A stretch of DNA of 64,000 nucleotides from Candidatus Poribacteria bacterium (GCA_965261435.1 CBDHDL010000021.1:2715950-2779949), one strand, 5' to 3'. Numbered from the stretch's first letter, positions 39,994 to 50,500 are shown. Notes: a model not told the origin generated them from the sequence alone. Made by a program: numbers and translations.

Positions 39994-40836
39994 ATGGATT
40001 CTTCGTGGCTTGAATACTGTGCAACAGCAGAACAACTCAGCGCATTTAATGACACAGGCTACCTCATTGTAGAGGACGCAATCAGTCCTGAGATGACAGA
40101 TGCTTTAGAGAAGATCGCTGATCGCATTGATGCTGCAGAACGCGCAAAAAATGGATTAGGTCCCCACAAATTACTATCCAAATTCCGTACTGTCATTGAA
40201 GATGATCTGCTATTAGAACTGCTTGATAACAAGAAGGTATTTGCTTTACTCTGGGACATTCTGGGATGGAACATACAACTCTACATCTCACATCTCATTA
40301 TGTATCCACCTGAACCACCTGATGCAGAACGTATCCGTAAAGGAGCAGGTTGGCACCAGGACGGTGGCAGACCTATTCCAGAGATGGAACGTCCACACCC
40401 ACGACTTTCGTTAAAGGTCAGTTATTGGTTAAGCGATGTTACGCACAGAGATAATGGGGCAATGCGACTTATTCCAGGTAGCCACAAACTTGATAAAATC
40501 CCTCCGCGTAACGATCCTGAAAGTGATCCTGATGGTGCGATAGATTTACTTGTCAAACGTGGTACTGCTGTGCTTTTCGACCGAAGAATGTGGCATTCAA
40601 GAGGTAGAAACTATTCCGACGTAACGCGCAAGGTGTTATTCATGGGATATAGTTATCGTTGGTTGCGCGGTCTGGACTATAATCTTATGCCAGAGGAAAT
40701 CCTTGAGAAATGCAATCCCATACGACGCCAGTTGTTAGGTGATGGCGTAGATATTAAAGGGTGGTGGCAACCTACAGATGCCGATGTCCCCTTGAAAACG
40801 TGGATTGCAGAGCATCGTGGAGAAGAATATGTGTGA
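39994..40836 (+). CDS. phytanoyl-CoA dioxygenase (PhyH) family protein
   Basis: GYLIVEDAISPE, WHQDGG, and a distal His in MWHSRG. Confidence 0.7.
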   Translation: MDSSWLEYCATAEQLSAFNDTGYLIVEDAISPEMTDALEKIADRIDAAERAKNGLGPHKLLSKFRTVIEDDLLLELLDNKKVFALLWDILGWNIQLYISHLIMYPPEPPDAERIRKGAGWHQDGGRPIPEMERPHPRLSLKVSYWLSDVTHRDNGAMRLIPGSHKLDKIPPRNDPESDPDGAIDLLVKRGTAVLFDRRMWHSRGRNYSDVTRKVLFMGYSYRWLRGLDYNLMPEEILEKCNPIRRQLLGDGVDIKGWWQPTDADVPLKTWIAEHRGEEYV

Positions 40837-41568
40837 TTAGTTACTATTGTCACTTTTTTCTGGTGCTTTCTGTTTAGATGGATCATAGTACGAAACATAT
40901 TTTATCCCTTTACGTTTTTCCTCTTCCTGCTTCGCCCTAAGATATAGATAGTATTCCTCCGTCGTCTTGAATTGCGCGCTAATCTCTGCTTTAATTCGGT
41001 AGCAATCCTCAAGAATGGGATTCGAATAAGTTTCAGGGTTAAATTCTGGTTGTTTTTCTGGAGTTTCTTGCATCTGAATTTCCTCTATAAGTTCAATTGG
41101 TGTGCATAAAATTGTTGGATTGAATCCTGCTTCTCTACAAACTTTCTTGATCTGTTCACGTTTGTATTCATTTACAATATGTTTGTGATTCCATGACACC
41201 AAATATTCAATATTGTGTACCGTTGCGATGGCAATATGTTGTGCATCTGGTACAGAATTTAGTGGTACTACCCCAGTATCTAATAATTTATCTACGAGTA
41301 AAACTACATCTTGTGAAACTTCTAATACTGTAAGAGACGATACAATCTCAAGTCGCTGACAAGCAAGGATCACATCACCTCGTTCAATCTCGTCACGTAC
41401 TACGGGTGAAATCACAAACTCAAACCTGTCAGCATAGTCTTTCCATAACTGACGACTCGCTTTTTACCAATTAACTAACGTTTCATCATCACTTAGTCGT
41501 GCTACCAAGTGACTAATAACCGTAGGTTCAATGTAGACTTTCGGTTTTATTGAGTTATATTTTAGCAT
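40837..41568 (-). pseudogene. PIN-domain gene with an in-frame TAA at 41464-41466; the ORF track shows only the 40837..41415 part
   Basis: MLKYNSIKPKVYIEPTVISHLVARLSDDETLVNW*KASRQLW..VISPVV.. is continuous in one frame and homologous to the 8245..8950 gene (DAQHIAIATVHNIEYLVSWNHKHI is the PIN core). Confidence 0.6.
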
Positions 41569-41897
41569 GTAATATCATTACTTTCAATCTTGAATTGCCC
41601 GATTAACCTATAGAATACTCCTCTATTTCGTTTTTCTTCGGGGAGTAGATTAGGTGTAAGTTATAGCAGAAAAGGTAGAAAAACCTTGGACAATACGAAA
41701 AGAACGAGCACATCGCAAACTGCAAAAGTTGATACAAGAATAATTAGTATCCAAAGTCGCTTTCTACTTTTGCCGCGGACATGTTCAAAATAAGTTCTGT
41801 TAATGCGTCGTGTTAAGTACATTGGTAAACCTCCTTTAAGACATGGACATAGTAAGAGAAACAGGATCAAATTCCAGCTGTTTTTCTGCTGTTTCTT

Positions 41898-42965
41898 TCA
41901 AAATGTATCCACGCCATCCGTTAACCACGCCAAATCAAACTTTGCAAACGACAATGTTTCAGAAGCACCACGTTCACCTCGCTCATAGAGACAACATATA
42001 TTCATGTCCGAATCAATACAGAGATCGGAATAGGCAGCAGGACCCTCGTGTAAAACTTTTCCACTGTTCCAACTGCGGCATTCATCATAGCTGATTCGGA
42101 TAGTCATTTTCTCTCGACCTGTACTTGCAGGATTAGAGAACAGTATGCGGTTCTTGTCGTGGGTATTCTCATCAGTATATCGCACCATGCTTGCTTGACA
42201 GATCGGCTCAATCAGATCATCATCATAACCAAATTCTGTGAACGTGTCTCCACCATCAGAACTCCAAGCATACGCGCGTCGTTTTGGTGCTACATAGTTT
42301 CTACAGTTGAAATATAGATCACCGTTTACGGTCTCAACGACAACCGATTCATTTGTGCCTGGTTGTGCTTCTCCAGCAATACGCCATGTTTCCCCATGAT
42401 CATCACTGACAATAAGGTGTGAATACCCCATCTCAGCATAGTTTCGGCTTTGTCCAAGCACATGATCACACGGGATAACCATTCTGCCACTTGCTAATTG
42501 AATGCCGTGACATGGACCCGTAGCATACCATGTCCATGTGTCCAATTTCGTATCAGCAGTAACTTCTCTGGGTTCAGCCCAGGTTTCACCGTCATCAGTA
42601 CTATTGGTTACCCATACGGTACGCGGTGCTTCTCCGGCGATAATTTTACCTTCTCCACCATCAGCGAAGTTCTTACAGAATAGTAACCAAATAGTACCTG
42701 TATCACGGTCTACGACAGGGGCAGGATTGCCGTCCGTATCCGCCCCTGTTGAAACAGCAACTTGCATCGGTTGCCATGTTTCACCCTTGTCAAAACTCCG
42801 TTTCAGTACGATATCAATATCACCTGAATCTCCACCACCCTTTCTCCTGCCTTCACAAAAAGCCAACAGAGTTCCTTCTTTTGAGGCAATAAGTGCTGGG
42901 ATACGATATGTGTTATAGTCGTCTGTTCCCGCAGTGAAAAGTGGATTTTCTGTTTTATACATCAA
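41898..42965 (-). CDS. exo-alpha-sialidase (GH33-like, BNR repeats)
   Basis: The YRIP motif is present (NTYRIPAL), with several Asp-boxes (SFDKGETW, STDDGETW, SDDHGETW, SSDGGDTF). No signal peptide is evident. Confidence 0.85.
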   Translation of the reverse strand: MMYKTENPLFTAGTDDYNTYRIPALIASKEGTLLAFCEGRRKGGGDSGDIDIVLKRSFDKGETWQPMQVAVSTGADTDGNPAPVVDRDTGTIWLLFCKNFADGGEGKIIAGEAPRTVWVTNSTDDGETWAEPREVTADTKLDTWTWYATGPCHGIQLASGRMVIPCDHVLGQSRNYAEMGYSHLIVSDDHGETWRIAGEAQPGTNESVVVETVNGDLYFNCRNYVAPKRRAYAWSSDGGDTFTEFGYDDDLIEPICQASMVRYTDENTHDKNRILFSNPASTGREKMTIRISYDECRSWNSGKVLHEGPAAYSDLCIDSDMNICCLYERGERGASETLSFAKFDLAWLTDGVDTF

Positions 42966-42987
42966 TAATCCTCAATAATGCTAATGC

Positions 42988-43078
42988 TTTGTCAAGTCAT
43001 AAATGATTTGTATATCCGACGGGGAAACCCCGTCCCTACGAGCGGATCTACCCATCATTTGAGTATTGACAGAACACT
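42988..43078. repeat. ~90 bp conserved upstream element (copy B), homologous to 22709-22800
   Basis: It sits 23-113 bp upstream of the sialidase start and contains the CGGGGAAACCCCG hairpin. Confidence 0.7.
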
Positions 43079-43082
43079 ACGG

Positions 43083-43802
43083 TTATCTGGTGTGTTTCAA
43101 TTTTCCCCAAATTGTTGCTAATTTTCCACGCGCTGCAACGGGTGCGGGATCATCAAGCACCAATTCATCAGCACCTTTTTGGTGATCAGAAATCCGTAGT
43201 CCATCAACGACACAATTCGTCGGAAATTTAGGATCCGGTGGAGATGCGTTATTTATTTCAAAGGTTGGCGCGAAGACAGTAGGTCCCCCATCAAAATCAT
43301 CCTCACCTTCAAGTACACCATCAAGATAGAGTTTCAATCCATCGGGTCCCCATGTTCCTGCCATGTGGTGGTGTTCACCCTTTTTCCAGTTGAGTGCCTC
43401 ACTGTTAGCGTTGTGCCATGAATTAGCACTTTTAATCCGCATCTGTGCAATACCACCGTTGTTAAACTGTAGAAAAATTGCATCAGTACCGCGTTTGTAA
43501 GTCATGAACGTAAAGAGTTCTCCTGTGATAGTGCTGGTATCCATACCCATTGTCACCCACAACTCAACTGTGCCTTCTTCAAGGTTGACGAATCGGTCTT
43601 CAACAGGAAAATGGATAACATCTCCAACTTCTTCACTGAGAAATCCGTTGCCAAATTTACCGGGAACGAAACTGCCGCCATCAACAGTCCCACCTTCACT
43701 CTCAACTTCAGCTTTGCTTTCAAGTGCAGAGAAGAACGTTTCTTCTGCTATTGCGACAGAAAGACATAGAAATGTAATTGTAATCACGCACAATGTTTTC
43801 AT
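43083..43802 (-). CDS. secreted concanavalin A-like lectin/glucanase-fold protein with a C-terminal ..KLATIWGKLKHTR tail
   Basis: It has a signal peptide (MKTLCVITITFLCLSVAIA). GTVELWV .. LKLYLDGVL resembles a jelly-roll lectin fold. Confidence 0.65.
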   Translation of the reverse strand: MKTLCVITITFLCLSVAIAEETFFSALESKAEVESEGGTVDGGSFVPGKFGNGFLSEEVGDVIHFPVEDRFVNLEEGTVELWVTMGMDTSTITGELFTFMTYKRGTDAIFLQFNNGGIAQMRIKSANSWHNANSEALNWKKGEHHHMAGTWGPDGLKLYLDGVLEGEDDFDGGPTVFAPTFEINNASPPDPKFPTNCVVDGLRISDHQKGADELVLDDPAPVAARGKLATIWGKLKHTR

Positions 43803-43865
43803 AAAATTTCTCCTTTGTAAGTATCAACTGACATTTTTTAACATTATACCATTTTTACCAATTTT

Positions 43866-45365
43866 TCAAATAGATTTCTCGTTTAATAAAACAGCGTTAT
43901 TTTCAATAATTGGACAGAGATCACAGAGTTGATCAGCACAGTAGTTTTTGTAAAGCCGAATTGTCCCTTGTTGGATTTTTGCGGAAGGTTTAATAAGACG
44001 CATCGGTTGTGTCTGAGAAAATATCTGTGATTCTATTCGACGAATGTATCTGTTCTCTTGCAATTTTTTGTAACTGCTATAAATATTTAGTATCGCATCC
44101 TGTAATTTCCTACTTTCTGATTCGACTGCCCAAACATAAGCGACAGGCAATATTTTGTTGACAATAATATCCAAAGCTCTCGCTTCTCCAATAAGTTTAG
44201 CCTTTTGAGTTCCTCCTTTACCAAAGTTAGAATGTGTTTCCCAATATCCTTTAGTTTCAAGCATCAGAAGGTTGAGAAGTTCCTTCCGGATGTTACTCAA
44301 AAGTTTCGGAGTATCCGCCATTGCTGCTCTTTCACAAGTTGGCAGAAAATACATCATAAGACTACCCTTACTTTGATGTATTAACTGACTTATAGCAGCA
44401 ATCCTTCGCGTTGGATAGTTATATGGACGCATTCTTGCAAACTGCCACTGTAAAGCATTCATGCAATCCGCTTTGACTGCGTGGTCAGATGCATACCAGA
44501 GTTTCTCTAATGTTATAAGAAAAGGATTTTCTTTTTCATCAATCGGTATCGGTTTCTTTGTCTGTGAAGGTAAGAGTCCCGCAACACCAAAGAGAATCGA
44601 TTGAATCTCTTCTTCTGACATGTGATCAAGATCAGTATATGGCACACGTTGTGCTAATTCACGCAGCGGTTTGCTGTTCTGAGAATAACCCAACGCTTCC
44701 ATTATTCCTTCATATAGAATCTGTTCAAAATCGAGTCGTGTCCTTAAAAGTCTTACGGCATCTGCTTTTTCTAAAAATCGTTCACTACCCAATGATTCAA
44801 AAACATTCTTGAGAATCTCTATGTCTAATCGGTTACCAGTTACTTTACAAAATTCTTCTGCATCAGTTTCAGCTTGGATCGCCTCATCAAAAATGTCACC
44901 GATAGGAGCATCAATCCATTTGAGGAGTTCTAAGGTTGAAATCCGTTTGCCATTCTGTAGACGAGTGCGTAAGTTGAAATCATCATTGTATAAGACGGTG
45001 TGGAGTACAACGCGATTATATCGCGAATTTAGATGATGTTTATGTGCATACCATTCTGATGACTTCACGTGTATTTCAACATCACCTACCAGAAGTTTAC
45101 CGTTTATATCAATCTCCGCATGCATAAAATCGGGACCTTCTTCACGGTTCCAAACACCCGGCTTTATCACACGGATTTCTTTCCCCTCAATTGACAATAG
45201 ATTTGCGTTGATGAAACGCTGTCCATTCCATAATTTCTGTACGAAGTCCTCATCTATCTTTTCAAAATCAGGTTCATAAACTTGATCAACTTCTCTAAAT
45301 GGCGTTGCAGAAGGTAGATAATTTGGGTCTTTCGTATTATTGAGTATTTTGTGTGTTTTGGACAT
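43866..45365 (-). CDS. DUF2851-like family protein
   Basis: The N-terminal region (..IRVIKPGVWNREEGPDFMHAEI..GDVEIHVKSSEWYAHKHH..YNRVVLH) resembles the DUF2851 pattern. Confidence 0.5.
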   Translation of the reverse strand: MSKTHKILNNTKDPNYLPSATPFREVDQVYEPDFEKIDEDFVQKLWNGQRFINANLLSIEGKEIRVIKPGVWNREEGPDFMHAEIDINGKLLVGDVEIHVKSSEWYAHKHHLNSRYNRVVLHTVLYNDDFNLRTRLQNGKRISTLELLKWIDAPIGDIFDEAIQAETDAEEFCKVTGNRLDIEILKNVFESLGSERFLEKADAVRLLRTRLDFEQILYEGIMEALGYSQNSKPLRELAQRVPYTDLDHMSEEEIQSILFGVAGLLPSQTKKPIPIDEKENPFLITLEKLWYASDHAVKADCMNALQWQFARMRPYNYPTRRIAAISQLIHQSKGSLMMYFLPTCERAAMADTPKLLSNIRKELLNLLMLETKGYWETHSNFGKGGTQKAKLIGEARALDIIVNKILPVAYVWAVESESRKLQDAILNIYSSYKKLQENRYIRRIESQIFSQTQPMRLIKPSAKIQQGTIRLYKNYCADQLCDLCPIIENNAVLLNEKSI

Positions 45366-45380
45366 ATAAGTATTATCTTT

Positions 45381-46016
45381 TTAAGTGTTTTTGACTTGCA
45401 TGATTTCATACATTAGATTTTTTGTTGCGTTGAAAGGATCAGATGATCCACACACAGCAGAAATGACTGCGATTCCATGTGCACCTGCGGTTATTACCGA
45501 TGCCGCTGTTTGTTCCGTAATACCGCCAATTGCGATAACCGGACACTTCGCTATTTCACACATGCGACTCAGCTGTGCTAATCCTTTCGGTTTTTCTGCA
45601 TCTGCCTTAGAAGAAGTCTGATAGATTGGACCATAACCGATATAATCTGCCCCCTCAGATATAGCCTTGAGTATTTTCTCCTCGGTTCGTGCGGATGCAC
45701 CGATAATATTATCTGCCGAGAGTATTTTTCTCCCAAGTGCTACAGGCATGTCATCTTGTCCAAAATGACTCCCCACTGCATCTATAGCAAGAGCGATATC
45801 CGCTCGATCATTTACAATTAACGGTACTTTGTGTTTTGCACATTTTTTTTGCATCTGTTCTGCAATCTCAACTAATTCTCGGGTTGTACCGTTTTTTTGT
45901 CGGAATTGTATAGTATCCGCCCCACCTTTAATGGCAAGTTCCGCGAGTTGTGGATGCGTAAATCTCGACTGGCATTCTGTATCGGTAATAACGTGAAGTA
46001 CACCTATGTTTTTCAT
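45381..46016 (-). CDS. thiE: thiamine-phosphate synthase
   Basis: LHVITD .. IQFRQK .. LIVNDRADIA .. GADYIGYGPIYQTSSK .. IAIGGI match the ThiE fold. Confidence 0.9.
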   Translation of the reverse strand: MKNIGVLHVITDTECQSRFTHPQLAELAIKGGADTIQFRQKNGTTRELVEIAEQMQKKCAKHKVPLIVNDRADIALAIDAVGSHFGQDDMPVALGRKILSADNIIGASARTEEKILKAISEGADYIGYGPIYQTSSKADAEKPKGLAQLSRMCEIAKCPVIAIGGITEQTAASVITAGAHGIAVISAVCGSSDPFNATKNLMYEIMQVKNT

Positions 46017-46128
46017 GTTGGAAATCTATTGAAAATGTGCTATTGTTAAATTGTGCATCTGCAACTGAGTAGTGATGCAACGAAGATAAAACATTTTTAA
46101 TTAGTATAGCATATAAAGGAGATAGTTT

Positions 46129-46764
46129 GTGAGTAATTTATTGTTTGAGTCTGGAGATAAAGTGCTTTTTATTGGAGATAGTATCACAGATTGTGGCAGA
46201 AGAGGAGATCATGCCCCTTTTGGACATGGATATGTCCGAAAAATAACAGAACTGATTACTGCTAAGTATCCTGAACACAAAATTGAATATGTCAACAAAG
46301 GGATTGGCGGGGATATTGTTGAAGGGTTGGAAAACCGATGGGACACAGATGTCATTGAAGAAAAACCGGATTGGCTATCAGTCAAAATCGGGATTAACAA
46401 TGCAAGTCGACAATTGAACCAAGACGTATCAAATGAGGAGTATCTGCCTGAGTGGGAGAACTGCTATCGTAGAATACTTACGCGTGTGAAGAATGAGGTA
46501 AATGCTTCGCTATTCTTATTTGAGATATTCTACATTGAAGAAGATGTGGACAATCCCCGTCCGTTAGCTGTTGATGCATACAATTCATGCATTCATAAAC
46601 TTGCTGATGAGTTTGACGCACACTTAATTCAGACAAATGACGCGTTTGATAATGCAGTCGCTGCACGTCCAGGAGCATTATGGACAACTCGAGACGGCGT
46701 TCATCCTAATGCAGAAGGACATACCTTGATGGCATTGGAATTTCTGAAATATGCTGGATGGTAG
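46129..46764 (+). CDS. SGNH/GDSL family hydrolase
   Basis: Block I is VLFIGDSITD, and the catalytic DxxH is in DGVHPN. Confidence 0.8.
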   Translation: MSNLLFESGDKVLFIGDSITDCGRRGDHAPFGHGYVRKITELITAKYPEHKIEYVNKGIGGDIVEGLENRWDTDVIEEKPDWLSVKIGINNASRQLNQDVSNEEYLPEWENCYRRILTRVKNEVNASLFLFEIFYIEEDVDNPRPLAVDAYNSCIHKLADEFDAHLIQTNDAFDNAVAARPGALWTTRDGVHPNAEGHTLMALEFLKYAGW

Positions 46765-46825
46765 TTAGATTTTACTCTGCTGAACTAACGGTAGGCACAT
46801 TATAGTGTCTGCCTACCCTTATACA

Positions 46826-47329
46826 TCATTCTGTTTCAAGATGCTTTTTGACGTTTTCTTTTCCAAAACTCCACACTTCTTCTCCAAATTCCATGAGGTG
46901 TGATGTAATAAGTGAGTTTTCTGCTTCGTCCTTTAAGAATTCAATATTCGATGGGTTTATGAAGTGAAGAAGGAGGGAAATAATAAGAACACTTGTACCA
47001 ATCCCTATTGTTAAACCGAGTAGACTATTTAACCATCCCAGAATTCCTGTTTCAAAAACTTTATGAATCCGTTCAAAAACAGTATCTGTTAAAATAGTTA
47101 TAATAATTATTAGAATGAAAATGCTAATCCATTTAGAAATGCTTTCATTTGGAATAACTTTTCCTATGAAAAAAGCAAGGTGGTGCCATGTCTGGCTGGC
47201 GATGACAAGACCAGCACCGAGGGCAAATACACCCCATATACTGCGCGTGAATCCAACTTTAAAGCAACTAAATCCAGCAAGTCCAACGATAATGAGGATA
47301 GCAATATCTAATTTTGTCATTGTGTACAA
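46826..47329 (-). CDS. CvpA-like integral membrane protein
   Basis: It has four predicted TM segments and a CvpA-like N-terminus (LDIAILIIVGLAGFSCFKVGF). Confidence 0.55.
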   Translation of the reverse strand: MYTMTKLDIAILIIVGLAGFSCFKVGFTRSIWGVFALGAGLVIASQTWHHLAFFIGKVIPNESISKWISIFILIIIITILTDTVFERIHKVFETGILGWLNSLLGLTIGIGTSVLIISLLLHFINPSNIEFLKDEAENSLITSHLMEFGEEVWSFGKENVKKHLETE

Positions 47330-47344
47330 CCAAATTGTATATAA

Positions 47345-48352
47345 TCAAATTGAGAGATCGTTTATTACATAAGTTTCTTGCAATGCTAACGCAAGCGGCG
47401 TGCCATCTCCTAAGAGCGAAAGAAGCCTTTGAATAGAAGGGAACCCGTCTTTATCAATCAAATTAGAAACGATCGCTGCAGATTGCAGATACCATATTTT
47501 TCGTTCTGAGGCGGTAAGTTCGGTAAACGGTTCCTCCAGTTCTTTCAATGTCGGTAGTGAATTTTCTTTCTCTGCTTGTTCTAAAGTGAGTTTCTCAAAA
47601 GCAAATAAAGGTCGTGCTATCGTCTGGGCAAGTCCTTCGTTGAACCATACCGGACATTTTCCGCTCGCCTTGATATCTACCAATAGGTGAGTCCACTCGT
47701 GTCGAAAGAGCGTATACAAGATCCCAAGTTCCGGTTCTTCATCTGAACAATAGTTCAGATATATATGTCCATCGTAAGCCCCACCTGCCCATTGTGGCAG
47801 ATGGTCCTCTGACGTGGCGTTGTGTAAGTTCTTTATTGTTATAGGAACTTGGTTAGATGGAAAGCAGTTAAGATATGAACCAACTTCTTTATAGGTGAAG
47901 TCTATGAGTTGACAGAAATGCCAAAGTGTTTGAGGAAGTATTGGGGGTTCAACAGTCAAGTCAAAAAAACCGTGTTTAACTTCTTGGCGTCTATTGCTGG
48001 TAATATCAAAATGTATAGTTGGGACGAAATCTGAAGGACGTTTATTTGTTAGTTCAAGTTGGTAAATGATTGACTGATAATACGTCTTCTCCTCACTGAT
48101 ACGTGCCTTCCGTCTAAGCGTCGTTGTTGAATTTGGACATAATTGGAGCGAGATATCAAGGTAGGTTAAAGCCTGTTCCCAATTTCCAATCATTTCATAA
48201 GCTTTAGCAAGGTCAGCGTAAATATAGTAACGACTCTTGTCATATTTCAGACCCGCTAAATAATGTTGAATTGCCTCAACATATCGGGCTTTTTGAAAAC
48301 AGGTCGCAGCTTGTTGAAAATAGGACAAGGCAAGTGAGGAAGGATTTTGCAC
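47345..48352 (-). CDS. TPR-repeat protein with a C-terminal HExxH (HEWTH) metallopeptidase-like domain
   Basis: The N-terminus has TPR repeats, followed by LFRHEWTHLL. Confidence 0.55.
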   Translation of the reverse strand: MQNPSSLALSYFQQAATCFQKARYVEAIQHYLAGLKYDKSRYYIYADLAKAYEMIGNWEQALTYLDISLQLCPNSTTTLRRKARISEEKTYYQSIIYQLELTNKRPSDFVPTIHFDITSNRRQEVKHGFFDLTVEPPILPQTLWHFCQLIDFTYKEVGSYLNCFPSNQVPITIKNLHNATSEDHLPQWAGGAYDGHIYLNYCSDEEPELGILYTLFRHEWTHLLVDIKASGKCPVWFNEGLAQTIARPLFAFEKLTLEQAEKENSLPTLKELEEPFTELTASERKIWYLQSAAIVSNLIDKDGFPSIQRLLSLLGDGTPLALALQETYVINDLSI

Positions 48353-48550
48353 AGTCCTTGAATACTATAATTATTAAAATTATTAAAGAGAACGAGCAAG
48401 AGAAACTGAACCATAAGTTCGAAAGAGGTGATAACTCTAACAACTATGTTCTATTTTGTAATCCCTGCTCTAATCCCTAAGAGCCATTCAAAGGTCTGAT
48501 TGGAATGTGTAAACTTATGAATGGCTCTGTATTACACCATAATAATTTAT

Positions 48551-49192
48551 TTATGGTTTATTAATGTCAACTATCTGGAAAGTGATCTCTCCGCATTTGA
48601 TTTCTGAACCTTCTTCAACAGGGGCAGAATCTTTGACGCGAACACCTTCAATGTATGCTGGAGTTGAACTCCCCAAATCCGTGATTGAAACTTCTTCATC
48701 CACTTTCTCAAATGAGACATTTAAATGAGCCAATGTATGTATATCTGCCTCGTTTTCATCTTCAGCAGTCTGAAGTAGATTCAACACTTCGTCTTCAGGT
48801 GGCGTCTGACCAACGGGAAAGACATCAGTATCTACATTACCCATGACCTGTGGACTGTAAGCGGCCTGAGGATCAAGGGTAGCAGGCAATTGTTCTGTAT
48901 TTTCATCCGTACCGGTTCTGATAGCCTTCATCAGTTTTTCACCGACACGTTCCTTTGCACCAGGACGTTGTGAAACGCTCTCGGTTTCTTGAAAACGATA
49001 ATGTGCAAAGTCAATTAAATCTTTTAATTTATGAAAATGGCTTGAGCCTTGAATATTCTTTAATAAACTTTTCTGTTTGCGACTAAGTCTCTCATTTTTT
49101 AGCCAACAAGTGTATGCCTCTAAAATATTTGCTTCTTTAATATCCGCATCGGTATACCGTGCAGATTTTGGTGTCCTTCTAAAAAAACGCAT
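48551..49192 (-). CDS. FHA domain-containing protein, possibly the sigma-factor partner
   Basis: The C-terminal DLGSSTPAYIEGVRV..EEGSEIKCGEITFQI is an FHA core. It lies immediately downstream of the ECF sigma gene. Confidence 0.55.
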   Translation of the reverse strand: MRFFRRTPKSARYTDADIKEANILEAYTCWLKNERLSRKQKSLLKNIQGSSHFHKLKDLIDFAHYRFQETESVSQRPGAKERVGEKLMKAIRTGTDENTEQLPATLDPQAAYSPQVMGNVDTDVFPVGQTPPEDEVLNLLQTAEDENEADIHTLAHLNVSFEKVDEEVSITDLGSSTPAYIEGVRVKDSAPVEEGSEIKCGEITFQIVDINKP

Positions 49193-49274
49193 GAGTTATT
49201 CCTCCGAAATTATATAAAAATAAGAAAATCATAAAAATAAGAAAATGTAAGAAAAAAAGAAAAATAATAAATAG

Positions 49275-49892
49275 TTATTGCATCCATTGAATACCTTTGT
49301 TAATCAATATCTGCCGTAATTCTTGTGTGCACCGGAATATCCATATTTTCACAGTTCCATCTTTCCGGTTCAGTATGCGTGAAATGTCTGCGACACTACA
49401 TCCCTCTAAATGCCTTAAAATCCAGGCGATACGGTGATTCGGTTTTGTGACTTGCTCAAGTGCAGTTTCTAAAATCTCTTGTGCCTCTTGAGCAATTATG
49501 TGTTTATCTGGCCCTGGTCTTCCGTCCTCAAATTCATTTAAAGGTAGGTCATCTTCCTCTTCAAGTGTGAGTAACGATTCACGAATGCGATCCCTCCTCC
49601 GAATCGCATCAATGATTGTATGCTTAGCGACAATATTTAACCAAGCTTGGAAACTCCCTTTTTGAGGATCCCATTTATCATTTTGCAATTTTTGCCATAC
49701 TTTAGTAAATACATCCAAACTAACTTCTTCTGTATCCTGATGGTCTCCGAGCATTCTGTATGCTTTACTATAGACCCAATTATGATGCTTTTCAAACAGT
49801 TGGCTAAACGCGGATTCATCTCCTTGTTTAGCCTGTGTAGCCAAATAGGTGTCTTCTGTAGCAGATAATTCGTTTTTCGCTTGTCGAGCCAT
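49275..49892 (-). CDS. ECF-type RNA polymerase sigma-70 factor
   Basis: Region 2 is YRMLGDHQDTEEVSLDVFTKVW, and region 4 HTH is CSVADISRILNRKDGTVKIWIFR. Confidence 0.85.
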   Translation of the reverse strand: MARQAKNELSATEDTYLATQAKQGDESAFSQLFEKHHNWVYSKAYRMLGDHQDTEEVSLDVFTKVWQKLQNDKWDPQKGSFQAWLNIVAKHTIIDAIRRRDRIRESLLTLEEEDDLPLNEFEDGRPGPDKHIIAQEAQEILETALEQVTKPNHRIAWILRHLEGCSVADISRILNRKDGTVKIWIFRCTQELRQILINKGIQWMQ

Positions 49893-50278
49893 GGCAAACC
49901 TCCTTTGCCTTCACTGCCAAAGGATTCAAAACTGTTTCGTATAGTTTCATATACATATTATAGATAACGAAACTAAATCAAATTTAGTTACAATTTTTAC
50001 AGAATCTGTTCCAATATTATCAATTGACACATGAAGGGTACAAATGCAACATTATACATCTCAAAAAATGCATGTGAATATAAAAAGTAAATTTATGTCT
50101 TATTTTTAAAGTATATAATTGAGTCTTAAATTAATCAATCTGTTTGTTTAAATTCTAAACCGAACAGTTTCTTGTCTGTTCCAATAGTCTGATACGAGGT
50201 TCTACTCTTAGACTATTCCAGTTATCAGGAAAACTAGAGTGTATCTCATAAACCTAATTGTCCATAAATTTCTCATCA

Positions 50279-50500
50279 CTGCGCCTGTTTTCGTAGGGAC
50301 TGGGTTTCCCTGTCCGTTGTTCGTAGGGACTGGGTTTCCCTGTCCGTTGTTCGTAGGGACTGGGTTTCCCTGTCCGTTGTTCGTAGGGACTGGGTTTCCC
50401 TGTCCGTTGTTCGTAGGGACTGGGTTTCCCTGTCCGTTGTTCGTAGGGACTGGGTTTCCCTGTCCGTTGTTCGTAGGGACTGGGTTTCCCTGTCCGTTGT
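50279..50500. repeat. perfect 30 bp tandem repeat, seven identical units plus one degenerate leading unit (unit TCGTAGGGACTGGGTTTCCCTGTCCGTTGT)
   Basis: Seen in sequence. Each unit carries the AGGGA..TCCCT inverted repeat. The ORFs 50239..50505 and 50254..50547 are translations of the repeat. Confidence 0.9.
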
